64,000 nucleotides of DNA, from contig CM060732.1 of NCBI GenBank assembly GCA_030704615.1, positions 64,666,001 through 64,730,000 of the forward strand, given 5' to 3'. Below are positions 23,701 to 35,467 of this stretch, piece after piece (the stretch's first letter is position 1; every line of letters begins with the position of its first letter). The DNA is from Takakia lepidozioides. Lineage: Eukaryota > Plantae > Bryophyta. Both the position numbers and the translations under genes were made by a program. A model generated the notes under the pieces. That model was not told where the DNA came from. It did not search any database and was given only the letters and a program-made list of their open reading frames with translations.

Positions 23701-25054
23701 CTAATGTTTATAACACGGTAAGTCCTACTAATGGAGTGAGCCCCTCATTCTAATGGCAGACAGTTAATTAACTGTCTAGAAGATCTTCAGCTTTTCACCT
23801 TGAATATCAGGACAAGAGGTGACCAAGTGCAGTGGACTCGTGAGAAATCCCAAACTGGGGAACGCTCCATTGTGGATTATATCATAATGGACAAAAATTT
23901 GTTCCCCAGTGTGCGAATGTGTTGATCGACAGAACTGATATTGCTACCTCTGACCAGTTCCTGGTTTGGAATGAGATCAAAAGGTGTTTTCCCAACACCA
24001 AGAGATATGTGAAACATTCGATTCGGAAGTGGCGCATAGAAAAACTTCATAATGAGGAGGTCAAGGTTGAGTATGTCCAGGCCTTGCAAGAGGCTCTCCC
24101 TCTCGATGCAATCGCTCCAAGAACTTCAGTCTCGCTCTGATAACGCAAGAAATGAAGTCGAAAGAGCAGGGGACTCTTGGGAGAGTTTCGTTTCCTCCGT
24201 GGTTGACAAGATCATTGGGATGAAACTAATTGTCTGTGCTAGAGCTGTTAATTGGTGGACCAATGAGATTAAACTCAAGATAGCTGAGAGACGAGCCCTC
24301 TATAAAGAGTGCTGCAATTTGGAAACCAACAGAGAATTGTGGGCGAGGTACTACCAGCTCCGTAAAGATATCAATCAGCTTGTTAGGTCTCAGAACCCTA
24401 AATTATACTGGGACAAGTTATATAGTGTTTGAAACTCGGAACTTTGGTGCAGATCGCAAACCTGCTGATGGGTTGGGGAGTTTGCAGGGTGCTTTGCGCG
24501 CTTTCTCTTTGTTGGGGCTTCTTTCATCGTTTCCATCTCTGACTCCGAGCTGGTCTCATTCAAGTCTTCATGTGCGGCATAATCTTGGTCTCGCTGCAAT
24601 TCTTGCTCTCGTGCCTCCTCTGTGTCTGACTCCGCTACCACCTGCGCTTCCTCCTCTTGCTCTACCTCTTTTCTCCCGTTGTGACATTGCAGAGTGCAGG
24701 AGTTGAACTCTGTGACTTCGGCGAGGAGGACCTGTGTGTTTGAGGATTTCCTCAACGAGGCGTTTAGGGCGACTCAATCTCGCTTCGACGCTGCAAAGAA
24801 GAAGAAAGACAATGTCAGCAGCAGCAAAACCCTAACATATCCTCTCTGCAGGTTTGGAGCTTTTAATGCGGTTTCATGGCTAGGGCTAGGTAGGGCATAT
24901 GAAAAAACGCAAGTTCGGACCTCTTTGCAATGTCGTAGATCTTCAGTCGTGCGAAGAATGCCTTGTTCTCCGCTTGACGCTTTGCTCGTTCTACCTCCCT
25001 CGCTGTAGGCTTGCGCCCTGGTGTAACTTCTGGACACTCTATGTCTGTCTCCAT
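20707..25054 (-). pseudogene. 5' part of the outer-CACTA TnpA-like gene, cut by insertion of the inner CACTA
   Basis: EVERAKRQAENKAFF, acidic/basic exon at ~24440-24760, Pro/Tyr-rich region, KNALRRERRA (cf. RANALRRANRRA in the inner element), WEYGPPGL..LKYQR (cf. FAYTPRGL..LKTQR), coiled-coil RLDAMENK..LATKLGM (cf. EDMERA..MAEKFGI). Confidence 0.8.
23130..24430 (+). mobile_element. LINE fragments (3' zinc-finger region followed by endonuclease C-terminal region)
   Basis: GGCACTAGACTGAAAATTTAACCTCCG..CTACCTTTGAACAA resembles 16905-16960. RSIVDYIIMD..ATSDQFLVW and a WWT motif downstream. Confidence 0.7.
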
Positions 25055-25083
25055 TTCCTGACGAGTCTCACTCAGTCGCCAAG

Positions 25084-28000
25084 ATGATCCCTCCTACTGC
25101 CCATCGATTGCAAAGGCGGACACAAGCAGAACATGACGATGACAGATTGTGGAAACTAGAGGAAGCGCGAGCAAGAAGACTGGGTCTTCGGAAAATTCTA
25201 TGTCCATGCAATGCCTGTCATGGTGGGAACTGGCAAACCATTGGCCGGGCTAAGCGTCATCTGCTTTTGAACTTGCGAGATCCTAACTTGCGAGAACTCC
25301 CGGTGCATATCTGTGGATTCTCTTCCCTTAACCCTGATGCATACTTTGAAATTATAAGAAACAGTTCAAATTCCTGGTAGCGGGATTGTTGTAAGGTGTA
25401 GAGTATTGTACATGCCCGTTTTCCTATTGCCACGTGCCTGTATTATGGCACGTTCCACATCCACCATTTCCAACCCTAAACTCCCCATCTTATTGTGGAT
25501 TGACATGTGGACTGATATGCTTATAAGCAGGAAAACTCTGGAGACGAACATGAGGGGTTTAGAACGGAAACCAGCCCTGCAGGTGGTCCTGATACCTTGG
25601 ATCGTAATCTTGACATGCTTAGAATGCTCCGGGAGACATTCGCAACTACAGATAATGGGGTGCAAACTGGTGATGCACATGAGGAACCGGGAGATGGAAC
25701 ACAGGGCCAATGGGACACAGATGGAGTGCCAGAGCAGACTGATGGTGGACTGAAGAGCGATGGTGATCGTGGTGCAGCGAGTGCCTTACGTTTTGAGCAG
25801 GAGGCATCCAGGGCTTTGTATGTAGGGAGTTCTTCCTCTCGATTGTCTGCTACCTTACTGCTGTTAAATGCTTGTCAAACCCATGTGTGTGTCAAACACC
25901 TTTGTCGATGAACTCCTTACATTGTTAGGAAGACAACTGTTGCCAGCAGACAATTGCCTGCCAAAGTCCCACTATGAGGCAAAACAACTCATAATGGAAC
26001 TCGGGCTTCATTACGAGAGTACATGCATGTCCGAAAGGTTGTGTGTTGTTCAGAAGGGAGCTTCAAAATTTGGAGGTTTGTCCAAAATGTCAGGCATGTC
26101 GTTATGTGGTGGGTACGAAGACACCAGTACCTCGTAAGGTCCTTCGACATTTCCCTATCATTCCAAGGCTGCTTCGAATGTATAAAGCCAAATCCATCTC
26201 AGAGTTATTGTCATGGCACTTTAAGAATCGAAGTTTGGATGGCTTGGTTAGGCACCCAGCAGACAGCAAGGCTTGGGCCCACATTGACCAAAAATGGCCT
26301 GAGTTTGCAGCGGACCCCAGAAATCTGCGATTGGGTCTCGCATGGGATGGTGTCAATCCTTACAGTGATAAATCAAACAAATGGTCAACTTGGCCTGTCA
26401 TGTTGGTAAACTATAATCTTCCACCATGGCTGTGTACTAAGCCATTTTTCACGATGTTGGCTTTATTGATTCCTGGACCACAATCTGTGGGAAATGACAA
26501 TGCAGATGTTTATCTGCAGCCCCTTGTGGATGAGCTGAAATTGTTGTGGGAAGTTGGTGTGGAGGCATTGGATGGAAGTAGCCTAGTGGGGCAACAGTCA
26601 TTTCGCATGAGGGCCATCTTGATGTGGTCAATCCACGACTTTCCAGCTTATGGGTTGCTAGCAGGATGCGCACACGGGGGATACAAGGCCTGCCCAGCTT
26701 GCGGCCCTAATGTTGATTCCAGGTACTCCAAGGCATGCAAAAAAGTTTTGTATCTTGGTCATAGGAGATACTTGCCTGCTATTCATCCCTATAGGAATAA
26801 CTCGTCCCACTTTAATGGACATGTGGAACATAGAGCAGCTCCTATGGTGGTCACTGCAAGTGAGCAATTTGACCGGGCTACAACCAGAGAGTTGTATCTC
26901 GCAATGGGAGGGGCTGAGGGGGAAAACTGGACCCTTCAAAGGAACATGGCATGAAACGGGTCACTGTTTTGAACCAATTGCCATACTGGAAAGACTTACT
27001 CATCCGATACACACTGGATGTGATGCATTGTGAAAAAAATTTGTGTGTGAGAATGTGCTGAGAACCATTCTTGGGGAGAAGGACACAGCCACATCTAGGA
27101 AGGATATGGAACTCAATGTCATTCGTGAACACTTGTGGTTGAGACCCCATCCCTCTCACCCGAACAAGTTGGTCAAGCCTTTGGCCCCATATGTTCTTAC
27201 TGAAGATGAGAAGGTGCTGTTTTTGGAAACATTGGCTGCAGTAAAGGCCCCCACAGGTTATGCTGCACATTCCAGAAAACATGTGGCTGACAATAAACTG
27301 TCTACAATGAAAACCCATGACTACCATGTAATGATGCAGCAGATTTTACCTCTTTGCATTCGAGGGGTATTGGGAAAGGGTCCACGGATGGCAATTATGA
27401 GGCTTTCTCGAGTCTTCCAAAAAGTGTGTGCAAAGATCATTAATCCAGCTGAGGTACCGGCCTTAAAAGAAGATGTTGCAATCACTATGTGTCTGCTGGA
27501 GAAAGAATTCCCCCGTCATTTTTTGATATCATGACTCACTTGCTTGTACACCTTGTGGACGAATTGGAGGTGTGTGGTCCCGTGTTCTAGCCGTTGGATG
27601 TATCCTATGGAACGGTATATGAAGACATTAAAAGGCTATGTAAGGAATATGAGCCGACCTGAAGGGAGCATGGCGGAAGGGTATGCTTTGGATGAGGCCC
27701 TAGGGTTTCTAACTGAGTATATGGCTGAATTTCATGCTACAAGCCGAAGGGTGTGGGACTCCAATGAAGAAGACTCAGTTAGTGGGGAGGTGGTTGAAGG
27801 ATTGGGAACTGTACGAGTCCTCACCATTCAAGAACGAGACAGTGCACACGAGTATATTTTGCACAACACAGATTGCATGAAACCATTCCTTGAGTAAGTA
27901 TGTTGCTTATCATATCCTGTGTGTTTCATTTCTGCCAATGGTATAAGCTGTAATCCTAATTTGCAATTCTCATTTGGACAGGGCCTATGAAGAGGAGATG

Positions 28001-28800
28001 GCACTCATAGAAGCATCCCGCACTGAGTTCAGAACACATACCTTTGTGGACAAGACCAAGACCACCACAATGGAGAAATTCCATACCCAACAGATATGCG
28101 CTTACTGGCTCCATTCCATGAATGGATTGAAGGTGTGTCCAACGCAAGGTGAGTTCAGGTGAGTCCTATGATTTGGACATATGCCATTTATGTATACCAC
28201 CAGCAGTACAGTCATTGGGCTTCAAGTCCATGTATGCTTACGGCAATCACTTTCGAGCAATAAGTGATGGGACTGGCGCCAGAGACAGGGTGACATTTGA
28301 TTCTGGAGTTGCTCAAGTATTCCATCAGGAAAGCGAAAACAGAGCAGGTATGTCCAGACGAGTGTTATCCCAATTGGAATATGTGGGTTGTGTAAGAGAG
28401 AAATAATTCAACTGGATTACGGAATTCTTCACCCAATTCTGTTCTTGTGTACATGGGTGAGGTCACACATGGTGGGCCGGAATGCCACCATGAAACGAGA
28501 TGATTATGGCTTTCTCTTGGTTGACTTCAGTCGCATGTTGCCTGGGATGGAGCAGCCCTGGACATTCCCTAGTCAGGTGGAGCAAGTTTTTTTCTCGGAT
28601 GAAAAAAGTTCACGAGGGAACTGGAGGAAGGTCCTTCACAAGGACCCTCGATCCCGACGAGTGGTTCACGATATTTACAGAAGTGGCACTGGGTGAGGGA
28701 GACATTTATGTAGGCATGGTGCCTCCTGAAATTCCTCATAACATCATGACTGAGCTTGCTGTTTGTGTTCCTTTGAGTGAGGCAGATGAATTGGCCATTG
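25084..28800 (+). pseudogene. CACTA TnpD-type transposase of the outer element, frameshifted
   Basis: ILCPCNACH..RHLLLN, LRLGLAWDGVNPY, WSIHDFPAYG, DVMHCEKN, MKTHDYH, RWMYPMERY, PWTFPSQVEQVFF. Confidence 0.92.
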
Positions 28801-30395
28801 CCAACTTGAATGCACCTGCAAGGCAGAGGCGAAATGGTAGAAGGCGGAGGCAAGCTCCACATGGGAGGTACCAAGCCAGTTGTGCTTATGGTGTAGAGTT
28901 GGTTTCTGCTATTGCATGTACTTTTCCAGGGTTTAGACTTGATACAAACATGGTACCTTCCATGGGTGGGAGTGACTGAGCTGTTGGGGTGGCAGAATTC
29001 TGACAAACACACTTTCATTTGTGACAGTGAACCCTAAACAGTCATGAAGCTGTGCATGAATACTTTCTGACCCTAATCAATGGTGGCCCAATTGTGGGAA
29101 AAAGGTGAATGCATGTTGGATTATAGAGAGTAGCAGATGCAATGAGCATAGGAACTAGTGTGAGAAGTTGAGTTGGGTGTTTCCTTGAACAAATGTAGGC
29201 TGTTATTGTCAGTTGCTACCGCAAGGCAAGATGTATGCATGATTTGTGAGAGGCGGATAGCTGAAGGAGCAGGGTGGATAGAGTGTGGGTCCAGATTCAT
29301 CAAGAGGGCCACATTTCAAGCACAACATTGCCTATGATTCCTTGTGGAAGGATTGGTACAAGAAACCTGCATGGGTAGATGGTCAACTGGAAGCCGCAGC
29401 AGCAGCGGCACAATGGTAAAATCAGGCGATGAGGGCACCTTCTTCAACACATTTCAGCCTGTTTTTCCCCCTTATCACAATCGGCCCTAAATTTCCATGT
29501 TGAATTATGCAAGTTAGCTGGTTGACTGAATCTTTGATAGATTGGAGTGACTTTGACATGATACTGCCAATGTGACAACAGGAAAGTATCCAGAAACAGG
29601 TACAAGAGATGAGGAGAAGGTGTGGAATGAATACTTTTCTGATTTGGTCAAGTTTAGGGAGTGTTCAACACCATGGCTGAACAAGATGTGGTGTCGTGGA
29701 GCGCGATGCTTGCAGGATGTGCACAGCAGTGAAGTGGGATGGAGCCTTTGAATTGCTGAATTGGCCATTGCCAACTTGAATGCAAATGCACTTTTCCAGG
29801 GTTTATACTTGATACAACATGGTACCTTACATGGGTGGGAGTGACTGAGCTGTTGGGGTGGGCAGAATTCTGACAAACACACTTTCATTTGTGACAGTGA
29901 ACCCTAAACAGTCATGAAGCTGTGGCATGAATACTTTTCTGACCCTAATCAATGGTGGCCCAATTGTGGCAAAAAGGTGAATGTCTGTTGGATTACAGAG
30001 AGTAGCAGATGCAATTGAGCATATGAACTAGTGTGAGAAGTTGAGTTGGGTGTTTCCTAGAACAAATGTAGGCTGTTATTGTCAGCTGCTACCAGCAAGG
30101 CAAGGATGTATGCATGATTTGTGCAGAGGCATGGATAGCTGAAAGGAGGGGATAGAGTGTGGGTCCAGATTCATCGGTGAGGGCCACATTTCAAGCACAA
30201 CATTGCCTATGATTCCTTGTGGAGAATAGCTACAAGAAACCTGCATGGGTAGATGGTCAACTGGAAGCCGCAGCAGCAGCGACACAATTGGTAAAATCAG
30301 GCAATGAGGGCACCTTCTTCAACACATTTCACCCTGTTTTTCCCTCTTATTAGAATCGGCCCTAAATTTCCATGTTGAATTCTGCAAGTTAGCTG
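28788..30395 (+). repeat. Tandem duplication (~28788-29521 and ~29757-30395)
   Basis: Both copies start GAATTGGCCATTGCCAACTTGAATGCA and end GCAAGTTAGCTGGT. The second lacks ~110 bp near its start. Confidence 0.85.
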
Positions 30396-30760
30396 GTGGT
30401 GGACACATGTATAGCAAATGTGGGAGCACTGAGGATGCGTGTTCAACACTATGGCTGAACGAGATTGTGCGTTTGCAGTGCGTGTGCAAGTCTGGCAGCT
30501 TTGGATGCATCACCAAAGTTGGAATTGTAACAGATGCGATCCAAATGTGGGGAGCATCAAGGGTATGCCAAATGCCTCGTATGCCAAATGGGAGCATCAA
30601 GGGCAAACCTGGCAGCTCTGGAAAAAGGGAAGAGGTCCATGGCTTCATTGTCAAAGCTGGAATTCTACCTGATGTGATTCTGAACAATGCCCTCGTGGAC
30701 ATGTATGCCAAATGTGGGAGCATCAAGGATGCGAAGGCAGTTTTCCAACACTATGGCTCT
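29660..30760 (+). pseudogene. PLS-class PPR gene fragments captured inside the CACTA
   Basis: VFNTMAEQDVVSWSAMLAG (~29660-29720), MYSKCGSTEDA (30407), VHGFIVKAGILPDVILNNALVDMYAKCGSIKDAKAVF (~30635-30745). Confidence 0.85.
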
Positions 30761-31844
30761 TGGAGTGATTTTGACATGTACCAGCGAAGGGGAGAAAGTG
30801 GGGCCCTCAGTAGACGAGTTGAAAAGCACTAGTTAAAAAGCACTGGCGCTTGATAGGGTGGGGCAAAATTCAGGCTGGGGTGATCATTGATATCCCGGAC
30901 GCAATGTAAAAAAGACGGTTGTGAGTGAAGGACACCCGTAGCAAAAAAACCCTGCTGTCTCAAAAAAGGAGGCAGTCACAAAGAGCAAGGCACTTTGTCC
31001 AAGCTTCTCGAATCTAGCAACAATGTGGACAGGGATTGAGTCATTGGGAACAATTTATGTAAGGTGGCGAAGAAAACCTTGTCTGAGGATCACTGGATAT
31101 TTCTCTAGTACGGTTGGACTAGTAGAGAAATCCGTGCTCAGCTCAGCTTCAGACTGTCTCATTGTGAAGGGTCACGGTTGACTGGACAGAAATGGGATTG
31201 ACATTGCCGGGCTCCCAAATCTCTGAGACGACATGTGGTAGTTTTATCTATAGCTTCTCAAAGCAATTGTTTTACATTGTTCATTATAGTGTGACATTCT
31301 CATAACGATATTGTCGTCAGCTGCATGAGCAGTGCATCTTTTTGGATTGTTGGTCCCCATAACCCTAATAACCTTTTTGAACTTTTTAAATTCTCTAAAC
31401 AAAGTCTATGTGTTATGTCGTCCAGGGCATGTTGAATAGAGGTGGAAGTCATTTTATCCATCCATCTTCCACCTGGATGGTCAATGGGCCAAGTCATATC
31501 CACCTTGATGGTCAATGTGCCACGCCATATAGTTGCCCCAAATTCCTGTAGGACATCTGACACTCACCTCACACTCCATGACTCATTTGACACTCATGTC
31601 AAATGCCCCATATGAATTATCTTGGTCAACATCTGTTGACCGTATGGGTGTCATTCGAGTGTGAAATTTGTAACACCATGTGGCTTTTCCTACAATGATC
31701 CAAATCACACCTTGCCTCGTCTCACATGGGTGTAAGAAGAGCCGTTCAAAGTGCCAGGTGTGAACTATGGGTGGTGTTGGAAAAACCGGTTTCTATAGTA
31801 GTGATGGCAGGGGAGACAAAAAAATGCTAAGTCCCCTCTACTCA

Positions 31845-32430
31845 TGACTGGATGGATGAATGTAACGATAGATGGATGGATTTTGGATTTTCCATCAATA
31901 CATCCATCCATTCATTTGTTTTTCCATTTTTTGGCCATTTTGATTTCATCCATTCATCCAAAATAAATCTTTAAATGAGTTTCACTGTCAGTTCATCCAA
32001 TAGTTGCCAGCAAGGCGTTTGTTGTATCATTCGTTCATACATTCATCCAGTACACAAAAGTTATGTTTGATACGTTCATCCAATTGTTGCCAACAAGGCG
32101 TTTGTATATCATTCGTTGAGATAATACAGTTGTTTTGTTTCACTAATCTTAACCAGCAGTCGATTAGTTTTACTATTAATCTGCTGGGTCAGTGAAACAG
32201 TAGTTAAATATTTTTACTACTTATTATCATCATACTTAACACTGCGACCTAGCAACCCTAAATTCGAGCACATTCATCCCTAATTCATCCTAGTTCACTC
32301 ATCCTAATTCATCATAATCATTCATTCATCCATTCATTTCTTCATTCATAGGGTGTGGCTTAGTGCCCGCGAGCAATGATATGTTGATACCTCATCATTT
32401 GCAATCACATCCTGCATCTGTTTCATCCAT
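31845..32430. repeat. Low-complexity TTCATCC/GGATG motif region upstream of the MULE gene
   Basis: Many tcatcc, ttcattc and ggatgga motifs. The complementary ggatgaa motifs recur at ~34850-34990. Confidence 0.6.
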
Positions 32431-32436
32431 TTATGT

Positions 32437-33978
32437 TTGTATCGTCCACGTAGACACTCCTTGGGCAACCGGCAATTGCCACGTGCAGTCGTGAATACTG
32501 GCAATCATACATTCTCATGCCCACGTCATCCTGTTGTAGTTCTGGCCATGACTCTTAGTCGTATCTACCATCTTTCCCTATCTGGTCAAACGTGTTTGAC
32601 CGCAGATCCTGACGTGGCGGAGGTACAAGGTGGCATATACGACTACTGGTGGTCACAATTGGCAACCAGGACTGCCCCCTTGCATTTTATAGACATATAT
32701 GCTACAACTGGGCAAATGTGGCAGACGTTAAAGCCGGGATCTGCTGTAGTGAGAGGATTGCCAGGATGCAAGAGTGATATGAGAGGCATTGCTTGGGAAA
32801 CACAGCGGATCCAAAGAGCGAAATTTCTACCCGCTGATTTTGATGGTGATATCGTTTTTGAACTGCCACCTCCGACGTCATGTGGAGGTTTGGCTGGACT
32901 CATGGCGGGCATGGACAAGAAGCATGATGGACACCCATGGTGCCGGACTAAAACTTCCAATATCTGCAGTCCGCATGGCTTGAAGTTTTGGAGATCCATT
33001 TGCGCTGGGCACCTGCGGTGTGCAAATTCGGATTGCCAGCATTTCCAAATGGCCGGTGTGGAAAATGAGACGGAGTGGGAGGGTGTCTGCGACAACCCAT
33101 TTCAAGTAGGGTGCGCTCCTCCAAAGACCAGTTCCGTCGTATGCAAGTTTTGTAAAGTCGTGCCACAGTGCATGACAGAATGCAATGCACGGATGTACTA
33201 CGTGCTGCACCGTATCAACCACCTCACACGAGCTTGTATCCATTTGGCACCCATGCACATCCAATGTCGCGAGAGATTGCAGGGAGAGTGTTGAGACAGT
33301 GCGTTCGCTGTTTCAACAAGAATTTCAAAATGCTCCCACTGCATCATCATCAGCCATTGCTATGGCAGCAAGCAAAGGCTTCCTGCAAAAACATCTGCTG
33401 GGGGTATCAGATGAGACAATGACTAAGTTTGATAGTGCATCGCTTGACTATGTAATGGACAATTTCTCAACATTGGCTTCTCCAAATGCTCGTTATCAAA
33501 ATCAACGTCCTTAAGGACTGGGGCAGACAACAAATGATACGTGGATAACATCCTAGAATTGAAGCACAGAAGTTGATACGACTTCATCCAGGATAGTGTT
33601 TTTCTAGGATAGGGGTCCCAAAAAGTATACTTGTTCAAGATGTCCACAGTTGCGGATGGTTCTGGAGTTAGCCTGGTGAGTAGAATGCAGGCCGGGGGTG
33701 ATCTTCATAAGTCCTGGGTAATGTTTGATCTGGTGAAGCGAATGAAGGATTGGACGACCATGGCTTGTCATGTGTATGATCCTACGTACCAACGAGTTAT
33801 GACTATTGTTGTTTGTGACATGCAGTCGGAGGACACAGAGTCCCAAATTCTTATGTGGAAGGCTCTAGTTAACGTCATGAGAATTCATGGTTTGCCAGAT
33901 GCAAATTTCACAGGGTTCATGGCAGACAACGCACAAGCTAATTGGAATGTTGTGCGCACTGGGTTTGGCTCTGGTGAT
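32437..33978 (+). pseudogene. Mutator-like transposase 5' half with WRKY-GCM1-type zinc-binding domain
   Basis: DGHPWCRTKTSN..RSICAGHLRCANSDC..CKFC..C..C..H resembles the GCM fold. WVMFDLVKR and FMADNAQANW give the first two DDE aspartates. Ends at GFGSGD. Confidence 0.75.
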
Positions 33979-34369
33979 TTTCCAGCGACCAAAGATACTT
34001 GGAATTCCGTATCTCCCACACCGCAAGTCCAAAAATTATGAGACCAAGCCCGTGCACCCCTCCTCGTCGAGGGCTTTCCAAGGTACCAAGCACCAGCGCT
34101 GGGCCTCCCGGTTTGGGACATCTCAACATGACAAAACAAACAAAACAAACGTCTTGATCGATATATCAATCTATGAAGCAAGACGTTTGTTTTGTTTTAT
34201 TTTGTTTTGTCATGTTGCGATGTTCCAAACTGCGAGACCCCGGTGCTAGTGCTTGGTACCGTTGGAAAGCCCTCGAGGAAGAGGGGTGCATCGGCTTGGT
34301 CTCATGACTTTTGGACCTACGGTGTGGGAGATGCCGAATTTCAAGTGCTTTGGGTCGCTGGAAATTCAC
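33974..34369. repeat. ~395-bp imperfect palindrome (foldback/MITE-like)
   Basis: Arms 33974-34156 and 34179-34369 are reverse complements along their length (TTTCCAGCGACC / GGTCGCTGGAAA; AAACGTCTTG / CAAGACGTTT), with a ~22-nt loop. Confidence 0.9.
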
Positions 34370-34493
34370 AAAAAATAGCAAAAATGGCAAAGTGGGCATT
34401 CGTGGGACAATGGTTGGAGCCTCGACGGGAGAGATATCAAGGGAAAGGTCTCCGGTTCAAATCTGGTCGTAGGTTCTGTGGAAAAAAACTTAC

Positions 34494-34670
34494 TTAGATG
34501 ACATTGGACACTTGGGCCAATGGCAGAGGCTACCCTAGAGGTCGAACTTGGGCCTCGACATAGGAGACGCACTTTGATACATAGGAGATTGCACTTGGGC
34601 TTAGATGACACTTGACACTTGGGCCAACGGCACAGGCTACCCTAGAGGTTTGGGCCCTGACATAGGAGAG
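34494..34670 (+). repeat. Direct repeat, two copies of ~70 bp
   Basis: CTTAGATGACA..GACACTTGGGCCAA..GGCTACCCTAGAGGT..TGGGCC..GACATAGGAGA at ~34494 and ~34600. Confidence 0.75.
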
Positions 34671-35467
34671 AGCAGCAAAGCCGTGAGTAGAACCTGTGAG
34701 CAGATTCCTGGATGCATGAGCAGATTCAAAGCGTGAGTAGATTTCTGATGCGGACCCCAAAACCGTGGGAACAAGTGAGCCTATTGTCGTGGACGCAAAC
34801 TTCACTGCAACGACGCAATCTCCGCTCCATCGGACCGAAGACAGACAGGCTCCATGACGACAAAGTGGCACGAATGCACGATGAAACATTCACGGATGAA
34901 TGGATTTGGGATGGACGTAAAAGTGAATGGATGAACGTTGGATGAAGCACGGATGAAAGTTGTCCAGATGAGGGGACTATGGACGACTGCATGAGCATGT
35001 CTCATCAGGGATCAGCAAGTGTAGGGACCACGCATTAAGGTGTCGTCAACGACATCTTAAATCGCATACTCAGCATGAGAAATGAACCCATGAAAATCGT
35101 CCCAAGAAAAAAAAAATCTTGCCTGGAAAAAAACCACAGGAGGGAGCTGTAATCCTACTCAGGGAAGCACGAATTAAGATGTCGTCAACGACATCTTAAT
35201 CCCCTGCCTTGTTTGGACATGGGAATTTCACCAAACACGATAAAACACAAAAATAATAATAAATAGTAAATAATAAAAGCCCAAAAATGGAGAAAGGTTT
35301 GGATTTACTTGAACAAAGTGGATCCATGAAGAGTGACTGGTCTCATTTCCAACAGTGGATCAATTAAAAAACATTGGCGAACTCGCGATAGTGGAGCATA
35401 TCAAAGTAATTCAGCAAAGTGGAGTCATTGACACATATAGAACTCGGACGAGAAAACACATCGTCAA

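Larger units (their letters stand above)
20707..31803. mobile_element. Outer CACTA/EnSpm element, main body (remainder displaced to 2736-5602; ~14 kb reconstructed)
   Basis: TnpA-like (-) and TnpD (+) genes, terminus ...TATAGTAGTG at 31803, TSD ATG/CAT. Confidence 0.88.

Noticed and set aside
34395-34480. tRNA gene
   Set aside because: Only loose A/B-box similarity; no cloverleaf could be folded.
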